A stretch of 64,000 bases of DNA from Antedon mediterranea (taxonomy: Eukaryota; Animalia; Echinodermata), in contig NC_092678.1 in assembly GCF_964355755.1 (NCBI RefSeq), forward strand, positions 2,310,422 to 2,374,421, read 5' to 3'. The notes under the pieces are model-generated. The model made no database searches, was not told the origin of the DNA, and worked only from the letters and a program-made list of their open reading frames with translations. Shown here piece by piece: positions 37,741-50,600 of this stretch. A program made the translations under genes and the position numbers. Within the stretch, counting starts at the first letter, position 1. Each line of letters starts with the position of its first letter.

Positions 37741-40089
37741 TTTTTAGGCGAGTCCCTTACATGCCATGGTATAAGCTGTAACATGCCACCATTTCCCTAA
37801 CAACTCTTGGCCTATGCCCTATCAATATTCAGTGTACTTATTGTATAGTAGGAGCTATACATTGGTTCTATAACAAACTACAATTTCTAATAGCTCATAA
37901 CAAGAAATAGAACATTACTGAAACCAGACTTAAATGAAATATTTTGATAAATTTCCCTTTCTATGTCAGTTTTAATATTACAAAGTGTCTTTTTTATTAT
38001 GTTTAAAGATGATTTTTAGAGCAATAGGTTTATATACATACGTCGTACATACAAAATTCTGAATATAAATATTAATTGTGCTCGAAAAGTATATTATTTA
38101 GCATCTATAATTATTATTGTTGGTTTGGTTTATAAAATTAATACTGTAGTTACATAGAATAGCTAATCGTGTATAATGCCGTTGTTGTATAACTACGCTA
38201 TTTAAATTCACTGCATATCATAACCTAAGCAAAATCATAAGGTGATTCAATCCAGAGTATCTGTTATAGTGAAATAATTTATCAAGAATGCAAAGGAATA
38301 TATTATTGTGTGATGACAAACATTTGCACATGCCCATAAACCAATCAGTGTTGTGATAACTTCAGTGACAAAAACTACCTTTCAATATCTGTTTTTACAT
38401 CATGGGTATTGAATAAAATCATAGCGTTTTTCTTTGTCTTTCCAAACCAGTGAGTTTTTTGTTTGTTTCCACTTTACGCATCTGGTGTCGGTGTGAAAGG
38501 GGGTTAACATGATTCAGTGTGAAAGGGGTTAACATGATTCAGTGTGAAAGGAGGTTAACAGGCATGTCATTTCTGTAATTAATGTATAATTATTGCATGT
38601 ACTCTTCTTATAAATATGTGTAGCGTATTTTCCTTATCTTAGAATTTATAAGCAGAATAATTAAAAATAAGCTGGTGATAAGAGAGTGTACAGTACATTC
38701 GTATAGTGTGTCAGGTGACATGTGTCAGGTGACATATACACAATTTACAGAGAGGTCTACATATTACTGCAGTAATTTGTTACTGCAGAATGTTATTTAA
38801 ATATACAAATATATAGTTGTTACATTAGATTATTATTCATTTCAATCAGTAAAGAGTTATCAAATCACAGAACAGTACCCTAAAGCTCTATCTACACTAT
38901 CAAATTTTATGTGACAAAAAATGTGCCCATATATGGACATGATGATGTCATATTGTTTTAGCACATCTCATTTTTTGTCAAACTAATTTGATAGTGTAGA
39001 GTTTGGTAAAGAAAAATAATGCATTTATGTGTAAAATGTATATTAATATTATTAGTATGTCCTTCCGGAATTATTCCCTTTATCACCTGTATGATAAATC
39101 ATGTCGCCATAGCAATGACAATCAAACAACATTAGAAATATTTTATATGATAAAACCAACAACTTAAACTTAAAAGACGAGAAGCATTAAATATTGTAAT
39201 ATTTTGTTGTTTGTGTAATTAAATCTAAACGTACTATATAATATTCTTTGTAGATTGCACTTAATTGATTGAGTATATTGTGGCGGAGAATTCCGTTGAA
39301 TACTTAGTAACAATAACTTTATTTAAAATCTGTCGCCAAAACAAATCATGCAGCATTGATACAATTGCAGATTATTCAATTCAAAATTTACAAAGGTTGT
39401 GTAAAAAATAAGTTTCAATTTTAAGAATAATCGGCTACAAATAGGCCTACTATAGTAATAACTGTATATACATTCTAATAATGACAATTTCTCAGAGTAC
39501 AACAAAAAAACAGTTGTTTTATCATCGTTTTGATTGATTACAGAGTGTGTTTTCACCTATACACAGCACTGATAATTCAATGGTGCATACAAAATCATCA
39601 ACTACATATGCTCACAAAACAACCTGTGTTGTGATAGATGCTGCGATAAATACAAATTATGAAATTCGGGCTGTAAATATGTGCAGAAAAATATTACATG
39701 TTGCTACTTTGTAGAATTTAGTGTCGACTTAAAATGCCCCTCTTAACATAGTAGCGGTGTCATTTCATGACCTCTGACCTTATTCAATGCAGTTATTTTG
39801 CTACAACTAAACCTAGTCTTCAAGTTCTATGTTTTATGATGGTGAACTTGTTTTTATAATATTTTGGGAATAATTGAAAAAAATTATAGAATTATTAAAA
39901 TGCGTCAATCATAAGTGAAATCTGTGTCTTGTATTTTTTTTTTTTTGGTATCCTGCCAACTAACTTCCTGAGGAGGTGATATGATAGATTTACCAAATTA
40001 CCAAAGTATTTTTTGGAAAATAAAGGTGTATGTGTGTATATTTATTATACTGTCTTATGGGAAATTACACTATTTCTATTTATAGTATC

Positions 40090-40905
40090 TGTCAGTAGTA
40101 CGGGAACTATTGAACAACCGTCACTGCGATTACCAATAGAGGGGGTAGTTCTGTTTTTTAGGGCTATCATAATCATTTAGAAATTATTATTGAACTAAAT
40201 CGTATTAAATTAATTTGTTTTAAAGCAAACAATGTTTACATGAAGAGGTAGTAGTATGATAAATAGATTTATAAAGTATTTCATGAATATTATAGGTGTA
40301 TATGATAGGAAAATCAATTATTACTGTTATTTATCAGTACGGGAACTATTGAACGTCACTGGGAATACCAATAGAGGGGGTAGTTGTGTTTTTTAGGGCC
40401 ATCATAATCATTTAGAAATTATTATTGAACTAAATCGTATTAAATTAATTAATAGATTTAGAAAAGTATTTCATGAATATTATAGGTGTATATGATAGGA
40501 AAATCAATTATTACTGTTATTTATATCAGTACGGGAACTACTATTGAACGTCACTGGGAATACCAATAGAGGGGGTAGTTGTGTTTTTTAGGGCCATCAT
40601 AATCATTTAGAAATTATTATTGAACTAAATCGTATTAAATTACGTTTAATTCCAATAGAGGGGGTATGTTTTTTGTGCAGAAGCATTTTTAGAAATAATT
40701 ATTCTTATACCGTATTAAACTAATTTTTCTTAAAAGCAAGACGTGATGCTTTCATGACGAGGTGGTATAGTACTAGTTTTACAAAAATATTTTATGAATA
40801 TTAAAGTTGTAGATGATGGACAAATTCATTATTTTTGTTATTTAGTGAATACGGGAACTAGCCGGCACTGCGATTACAAAGAGAGGGGGTAGTTGTGTTT
40901 TTGTG
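40090..40905. repeat. Diverged tandem repeat (about 190-320-bp spacing, about 4 copies) upstream of polybromo-1
   Basis: Recurring tacgggaacta...cact...atagagggggtagtt blocks at about 40097, 40336, 40528 and 40848. Confidence 0.8.
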
Positions 40906-41658
40906 AACTTTGACCAGATGAATGAGGTTGGTGGTTTGTTGTTTCTTTGTCCAATTTTTCAACAAAATTTCATATTTATGTTAATTTTGTTATTAATGAG
41001 AAAAAGAAAAATATTTCAAAAAAGTAAATTTGTTATAAAAATCGTGTCATTTTAAGTATTTCTTATTATAATGTGAAGTTTAGGGTAAAAATATTTTGTA
41101 GCATCGTCTGATTGAAAAGTAGCAGCAGGTCAGGTTTGTTTACGGTAAAATCGCGTTTAAACTACCTGTTGTGCCTTTACTTCTTGACCTGTAAGTGACC
41201 TAGGCCTAGCTCTCCCTTACTTAGACATTACACCGTTTATAAACATAGCGTTTCTTTTGTGTAATGTTTAGTCCAAATCAAAGCCTATATATTTCATATT
41301 GTATTATAAATTAATCCTGAGTTTTAAAAATTATATTTAAAAATCATTAATATAAATAAAATGTTTCTAGGCCTAGCTAGCCTACTTACTACTACTAGTC
41401 TTAGTACTGGTAGGTGAGCCAGCCCAGTTAATAGACTCGAGGCATGGATGGTTAATGGGAGTAAAACTAGGAAGCCGACCTAGGCCTAGTAAAATAAAGG
41501 TCAACTAATTCCCGGCTTCTGATGATAGGGCATTGATTTGATTTAAAAAATGCTGAAATAAAAAACAAATTAAACTGCTACTGTGCTTTCAGGTTGTTTT
41601 TTAAAGAGGAATGTGAATTTTAGATTGAGAAGCACATTGAAGAAAGAAAACTGTAAGC

Positions 41659-44600
41659 ATGTCAAAAAGACGTAGGTCGACAACCTCAGAAGATACATCA
41701 GAAGTACCAAATGTAATAATACCAGTTGCCATGAAAAAGCGCAAGAGGTCGATCCAGACTATGGAAGTGGTAATATTTATCTGAAATTTATTTTTTGAGT
41801 AGTACTTTTTGTTAATTTTAATAAAATGTGTTATATAACCAAAGAGTGTTTTTATATAGATTGGCTAGAGTGCGTACTCCTAATAGTTTTTGTGATTCAA
41901 GTTAATTTTCATTTGGTAATCAACTGTGTTATTTATAGATTGTTTTGTATTCATAGGTTGACATATGCCATGAGTTATATGAAACAATTCGAAATGAGAA
42001 AGACGAAAATGGCCGATTAGTTTGTGAGGCTTTCCACAGAGCTCCTAAAAGAAGGTATTTATATAATTATTTATTGAACTATAACTTTTAGTTATTATTT
42101 ATAAATCTATAGATATATAAAAATAATTTATTTAATATAATTTTTAATTACAATCATTCTTTCAACAAATTATTGTTCATATATTTTCTTTTTTTATTTT
42201 TTTTTAATATGGCAAATGTAGCATTATAGTTATTCGCTACAGTGTTTAGAAATGTGTTAAAATTATTTACCTGATAAACCAACATTTTAAGGAAAAAAAT
42301 CAACAGGAAACCCGTTTCCATGATTTCTAGTTAAATTTAACTGTTTATTTGGTCGTTTTTCATCTTGAATTAAATTTTAAAAATGTTTTTTTTCTTGCTT
42401 TCTTTTTTTTATTACAATGTTTATTCAGGTCACAGCCTGATTACTATGAGGTCGTTAGTAGCCCTATTGACCTCTTGAAGATCCAGCAAAGGATACGCAT
42501 GGACGAGTATGACACTGTCAATCAAATGTCCAATGATGTGGAACTCATGATAAGCAACGCTAAATCATATTATCCGGTACGTTACTGACTTCAATTTAAA
42601 CTTTTTATTCTTTAATTCCAAAGTTTGTTGAAACTTCTCCGAAACCTCTGTCTACACTATCAAACTAGTTTGACAAAAAAACAGAGCTTTAATCTCCGAT
42701 CCCAGCATTTTTTTTACATAATTTCCATCCAGGTGGCCAACCAATCAGTGACTGATTACAATTGTCAAATGATAGAGACGATATGTTTATAATTGATATG
42801 CTTCATATATACATATGCAGTTTCTACAGAGAGTGATATGCGACCTATAGGCCTTAGATGTCATGTTAATTCAATGTGTGCATATGGGGAAATTGGCTTA
42901 ACACAGTTTTAATAAGGCAATCAAACAGGAACCTAAGCTCCGGAGATCAAAGGTTTTATCTGTGGCTGCGACCCTTTATCAGTTCCACACCCGTTAACAG
43001 ACAACATACCGCGAAGAATATATACATAGTACAGTATTGTTGGTATTTGTCGCAGCCAGACATAAGATCAAAGGACTGTTAAAGTTCCTGTCTTGGCAAG
43101 GTGAGCGTAGTGTCCTGCTAGATTGCCTTGGTAACAAATCCATGTCACCATTGTTTTATTTTTTCATTATCAATGTTTTTTCTCAACAGAGAAATTCTCC
43201 AGAGTATAAGGACGCCTGCGATTTGTGGGATTTGTTCGTTGATCGTCTAAACGAGATGATGCAACAGGACGGACCGTCTGGATTAAAAAAGACGGCCGAG
43301 AAGGAAGCTGAGCTAAATGAAAGACGTGTAAGTGTTTTCCTGGAAAGACTCTTAATTACTTCGTAGGGTTGAATTTTAACGCTTTTAAAGTTTATTTTTC
43401 TGTGTTAAGAAACCGGTTTGAATTTTGTATTTTTTATAGATTTATTGTAATTATTGTAATTTATGTAGTACTGTATTTGGATACAGTACATTTAATAATT
43501 AAGGCATTCTGTATTAATATTATTGAACTAATATAACTTCATTTTTACACCATAATATCTCATTCGATATCATTTCTAATAATAATATTAACAATTATTT
43601 TAATATCAACCATTGCTTTCATTCTTGTAATCTTAAAATTTATATATTAATCTCATAATTTTATTATTACTAATAACATCAAAAGGTACAAAATAGCCAA
43701 ACATTTGTTTTATTCCTTAATTAATTTGATTCGTCTTTTCAATCTTTTACAGTCTTTAGTATAGCATGTTATTAATTGATGACCTTTTCATACATGTAAC
43801 ATTAGGGCGTGTATAGTACTCCTAAATAATAATAATAATAATTTAGATACAAAGTGATTTAAATGAATTTGCACAGTATGTCATTATTGAATTAGTCATT
43901 CCTTTCCAGCTTACGAACCGCCTACCACTGCACGATTCTTACACCAGTAAAGCTCCCTCAACGTTACCAGCTTATGATTGCACTTATCAATTATTAGTGT
44001 AATACTAGACCTCTTAGCGATAGAAATAAAAGCATGAGGTAGGGAATTAGGGATTGTCCCTTTGGACGCCTAGGAAAGGGGCTATAGCCACAGTCAACTA
44101 TGCATCAAAATAGAAAACATGGTTAACTGTGCCAATAGCCAATATAGAGTCTAATCTGCATTTCTTAAATTGCAATGTTAGATTGACTAAGAAGGAAAAC
44201 AAAGTTATATCTTTCGCAAAACTATTTATAATAGAATTAATTCATTGCTTGTAAACAAAAAATTAAAATCAATTAAAAAAAATGTTTTTCCTAGCATGTT
44301 GCTGGGACTGTATCTATCTATAACAATGTCTTTTCCATCAGCGAACGAGAAGCACCTCTTCAATGGAGGTTGCACAACAATTAGGGAGACCGTCAACGAT
44401 AAAAGAAGAGCCTGTAGAATCTAGTGAAGAGGACGATGACAATGAGGAGGAGGAGGAGGGAGATGAAATCGAGGACGATAATGATGATAAAGAAGTAATT
44501 TTAGATGATGATGATGAGGTAGCTTATTACCTGACTGTCTGGCTGTGCTTTACACTTTGTCATGTCTCCTCCTCTCCCATCGTAGATCATTTGTGACGCA

Positions 44601-47600
44601 TGAACCTAGCACCTTAATTGTAGATTTTAGACCATTAAATTTTATCATTTCATCCTTTATTTTAACTAACCTTTGTCATCTGCACATAGTTTTGTTTGAT
44701 ATAGGTATTTAAAATATCAATAATCGTATCTGTCAGTCTTTTTTTTTTTAACCCAGCCTGGGATAAATAAGATCCTATAAAAATTGCCGAACGGTTAAAA
44801 CAAGGGCGCTGTTTACCATACCCAACAATATCGGCATAGGTTTGAGGCAGACTCGCTCCTAGTGGAACAAGTCTTCTTGGATATGGATATTAGGACTATA
44901 AACCATAGGTCCAGTGTACATTAGACCATTAAATTTTATCATTTCATCCTTTATTTTAACTAACCTTTGTCATCTGCACATAGTTTTGTTTGATATAGGT
45001 ATTTAAAATATCAATAATCGTATCTGTCAGTCTTTTTTTTTTTAACCCAGCCTGGGATAAATAAGATCCTATAAAAATTGCCGAACGGTTAAAACAAGGG
45101 CGCTGTTTACCATACCCAACAATATCGGCATAGGTTTGAGGCAGACTCGCTCCTAGTGGAACAAGTCTTCTTGGATATGGATATTAGGACTATAAACCAT
45201 AGGTCCAGTGTACAAAGTTTGTCCATGTGCACTTTAAAGAACCCAGACGAGTAGGGAGTTACCGCGGTGAACTGGTTCATCTGATAGGAAAATGATCAAT
45301 TTACTATTGGTAATCCTTGGTATGGCCACATGTGTCTAAAGACATTAAAAAAAGTAAAAATATTGATGCGCCGCTGTATGGCTCGGTGCACTTTTATGTA
45401 TACCCAACCTCATTCCAATTGTCATACAATTGTGACAGATATATTTATGATATTTTATGCCTGTCATACATACTAGAGCATGGTTTATTTATAATTTCAT
45501 ATTTCATTACGTAGATTTAATGTTGAATTGAAAATATAGGTAACTGTATTTTCTTAAACTTTTGCACTGATAATGTTAATTGATTTAAGTTGATATTATT
45601 TTATTGAAATAGTTTACTTGATATTGCATGTGTTGTACAGTGTTATATTGTTTGTTCTGTTCTTAAAGTTGTCAGTAAGGTTCTAGCATGATTTGTATTC
45701 CGTTTTCGAGAGTGTGATTTTAACAACCATTTTGTATAATATTAATTGATGGTACATCATTCAAAAAATATAATTTGTCCTTTTTCTAGGAATTTGATGC
45801 TAACCAATCAGAGACTACATCAGTTCAGGGGTCAGATTTTGCGATGGATAACCCAGACAGTCTTCTAGAGCAGCTCTTCACAGCTGTTATCATGCATAGG
45901 GATACCAACGGCCGATTTATTAGCGCCCTCTTTAGGAAGCTTCCTAAACCGGCCCAATTTCCTGACTACTACGACGTGATTGATAACCCTATTGATATGA
46001 AAGATATGGCAAAGAAAATTCGAGTGAGTTTTATTTTATATCAGTTTTTTAATTTTAAAAAGTTGGATGAGTTTGGATTGACTAAAAATCAATAAAGCAT
46101 AACCAACATCTGCACATGCTTACAAATTAATTCATGTTGTAATAGCTTCCACTGCTACAACACATTCCAAAAATAAGTCTAGTCGGAAGATTTATATGAA
46201 GATGTTTCTTAAAATGCACTGCTTTTTCAAAAACCTTTCATCCCAATTTTCATCTTCTTTAGGGTGGTAAATACGTGGGCTTAAACGACCTAGTAGAAGA
46301 TATGAACCTGATGGTGCGTAACGCAAAGACTTTCAACGAGCCTGGCTCTCAAGTGTACAAGGATGCATGTACGCTAAAGAAGGTTATCTTGTCAAAAGCT
46401 AAAGAACTCGAAAGACGAAAGGAGAACACGCCAGGAGGAGAGAAGACCAAGTCATCAGAGAGGATAAAGTAAGTGTAACTGTTATTGATTATTACGTAAG
46501 GAGCACAGCAAGTAGAGTGGCTGCGTGTTTAAGACAGGGCACTGCAAACTAAAGCAATAATATAGCCCTGGCAGTAAAACAAGTCCTCTTTTATAAGGAC
46601 ATTTTAATCATGCACATTCCCACTTATTCAATTTAATTCAATTCAATTTATTGTCATAAGATACATCATTGTGAAATAATATTACAGTGTGTTTTTTTTT
46701 TTTAAATTAGAATGCACTTATACTGGAGAAACATAAATAAGCCTAGAGGGTTTTAAGGCTAGTTCCACCAGAAAAAAAATAATTCAAAAAGTATATATAA
46801 TACATGTTTCAAAAGTAGTCAATAAATAAATAAATGAAAATAAAATATGGATAAATAAATAACAAGAATAAAGAAAAAATAATAAAAAATGTAAGCTACA
46901 TACACAAGCACAACAAGACACATGACAAAAACACGTGACAGAATGAGGACAGAAGGGACAAAGACGCTGGACAAGAGTTAAAAAACTGGGTTAGAGGATA
47001 ACGACTGAATTCTTATGGGAGATCGATTTAATACTTTGATACCAACGATGATTTGTAGCTAAACTTGAAGGATTCGAAAGAGCGGTTAGTTAGGGAGGTG
47101 TGAAAAGAATTCTATAAAATAGGGCCAGTGGATTTAATTGAATTTCTTGCTGTGGAATGGTTATTGATTGGGATATATTTATTAGAGTTGCGGGTGTTAT
47201 AATTGTAAACTTTGGTTTTTTTTTGTAAAGAATCGGTTAAATGTGAAAGGAAGTTTCTGATTACTAAATTTGTGCATGAACAAAGCAGTCTGTAATTTAT
47301 TTATGTCGAAGATGTTAAGAGTTTTTACTTTGTAGAAAAGGGGTTTGGAATGAGTGAGGTGTTGGGAATGGATCGCCTTTAAAGAACCCAGTAAATCTGT
47401 TGGAATGTGTAGGGGGCTACCCCAATGTACTGGTCCATTTCAGCCTCTGTTTTTAATCATTACGTCACTTTTTTACCACAAGAGGAATAACTACTTAACT
47501 TAGCGAGAAAAATCATTCAAATCAAATATAGTAATCTGTACTTCTGTATATTAAAAGTGTCATATACCCATTATACCATTTCAGTCAATACGACTATGTT

Positions 47601-50600
47601 AAAGTTACAGTTTTACTTTTATCGCGCAGCTCCTTTTTGTTCATAAGAACGGAAGCATTGGGAAACAGTTACCATGCAGTAGCTTATAGTTTACTACGGC
47701 TGGAAAATGGGTATTTGGAAACTCGGACTGATCATGCGCACACCCCAAAGCATTTCTGGGAAAAGAGTATAAAAACATTTGCTGATAAATATTGAGATGC
47801 ATGTAGCATAATTATTGTGAGATGAGCAGCGGCGTGTAAGAAATATTTCTTGTTTCTCCATCTAGGAAAAGACGAAGCAACTTCAATCAAGATCAAGAGC
47901 AAGATCAAGATGTGGAGAACACATCTGCCGTAGACATGGCTCTTGACCTGCCATCAGATGGAGAGGATGAGACACCATTGGCACCGATGCAGTACGAGGA
48001 AGGCGATGAATGGGATGCGGAAAGCTTCCTGATGGATGCTAACGATGTCTTGCATGTGCTTTTTGACATCATTGTCAAACAGAAGAACTCCATTGGGCAG
48101 TTTATCTCGGAACCATTCTTCAGATTACCGAGTCGAAGGCATTATCCAGATTATTATGAGGAGATTAAAAACCCAATGGGATTAGGGAAAATCCGATCTA
48201 AGCTTAAGGTTATTATTATTTTTGTTTTCTTAATTCCTTTTCTTTATGTTTAGATCAGTTAAATTAATGTTATTATATCAAGTACCCATCATTTTCCTCC
48301 AATGCAATTTTTGACGCCATCTCTTCATAATACATTCATTAACATGTTTTTTTTAAATTCAATTTTAGAGTGGCAAATTTGAATCTCTGGAGGAACTAGG
48401 CCATGATTTGGACCTAGTATTTGCTAACGCTAAGCAGTACAACAAATCTACAAGTCGCTTGTACAAAGATGCTGACAAGTTACAGAGACTGTTACACATC
48501 AAGAAAAGAGAGCTGTTGAAGTTAGACGTAAAGGTAAGTTATTGGCTTGAAACACATATATAAGGTTTGTTATAATAGCAAGTGGCCGAGTTGATCAGGC
48601 GTGAAAGACCCTTTACATCTGTGGCAACTTTTCTCACCTAAGCATTCGGTAGACTATAATGAGTCTTTCGGTTGGAACTCTTTAATAACATATCTTCTCC
48701 AAGCACTACAGTCTTTGATAAAGTGTCTGCCTCGATTAGGATCATTCCTGCTACCATTTTCTTAAAACCATCCGGCCATCTGTTTCTGTGTCTTCCTGTG
48801 GCGTCTTTTCTATTGCATGGATATGGTGGCATAGAAATTTCAAAATGACAATTGTTTTTGACTGAATTGTGTAGACCTCTAAATGTTGGGTTTGTGATTT
48901 CCCCACCCAAAAAGCTTTACCTCTAAAACCCCCTTTTTTTTATTTTCCTGTTATCAATTATTCCTTTGCAACAGTGAGACAATTTGACACCAAAATAAGA
49001 CTGGTTTTGTTGTAAAAACTCTGTCTACACTATCAAACTAAAGTTTGATTGTGAAAAAAATGTGATGTGTCCATATATGGACATGATCATATCACTACCA
49101 TATTTGGGCACATCACACTTTTTTTGTCTAGTTTTATAGTGTAGACAAGGCTTTAAAAACACCCGTATTTTGTGTTTCAATAATCTATGATGGGAAAACA
49201 GCTACATCTTTCATATTATTATATACTTGCTTTATTTTTAATATTATATTATTTCAGTTTGTAGATAATTATAATGTTCTTTGCTATTTTATTTATATCC
49301 TTTATGTTATGTATTTTTCAATGAGAAGCAAATAAATCAATAAAAAATCAAATTCAAAGAGCTTTATTAATAATTAAGACATTTTCAATAGAATAAAAAA
49401 AATATAATATATTTTAAATCTAAAAAACATGGATTTCTATACCAAATAATTTATTTTAAATATGGAATAGATGGTTATTATAGACTTGAATTGTATTTTC
49501 TGAAATATAATTTTAATATTTGTATTAAATTTATTATAATTAATAATTAACAATTAGCGATAATCTCTATCAGTGGATAATAAACTATGGGTGTATATTA
49601 CTATCAGATTTAAGAAATAACTTTATTTAAAAGCTGTAAATTAAATTGTTTTTAGGATACTGTAGGCATAGAGGATGATAGGTATTAAACTATAGAAGAC
49701 AATGATATTATTTCTGCTGAGTGACTAGAGATATTAAATAATGAATATGATTAAATAAATTTTATCATGACTTTATATTAAAAATATTATGTTAATCAGG
49801 AACATTATTCCTTATTCCCTCGGGAATTTCCAAGGATGAAAACGTGAATAAGTAAATTAAGTTTTGCTGTTAAATATACTGTAAAGGAAATTGGGAACAC
49901 AAAGAGATTGATGACTTTTGTCCTCAAACAAACAGCTATGCAAATGAGAGTATTCCCTGCAGTCCTATTGGCCAAGGACAAAGGCCATCCTTAAAAACTG
50001 CTCAAGCATGACCCAAAGTAAATAAAGCTCTGCTAATGCATTGACACAAAGAATAGAACACACAGGCTGCGCTATCAAAATAACATGTGCATGTACAATA
50101 CCAGGTTTCACTGATTTTAATTCTCTTATTGAGAATATTTATATTCATATATTTATGATGCAGTTACTGGACTCAAAGAAAGTACGTAGTTTATAGATAT
50201 TTTAATTTTTAAAATCTTAATATTTAAGAATCCATTGTTTAATTTACGCAGCCGTCCACATTCTGTGTAACTGTAATGATAATATTTGTATGTAGTTCAA
50301 TATTCAGATTTTCTATAATTTATAAATTAGTGGGCATAAGAAATATTTATATGTATATTATATTTCATTACATAATTTGTGATAATTAGACATTATATAT
50401 TGACCCATTATTCATATGGTATTCAATTTAAATCCACTCTCACATCAAATCTGCTTCCAATAAAATGTGTGATTTACCCAAAGTCAAACTTTAGAACTGG
50501 TACTAAGAAATATATGCCGTCTATCTTTGTGACGATTTCTTCTAGTTTGTTTACTGAGATAGTAACTACTAAATTAGGAGTGTGTTCCCCATTTTCTAGT

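Noticed and set aside
42914-43138. Telomerase RNA, RNase P/MRP or U17 identity for the structured segment
   Set aside because: No CUAACCCU-type template, no RNase P/MRP CR-I/CR-V motifs, no U17 AUAUUCCUA motif, and no clear H box. Left unassigned.
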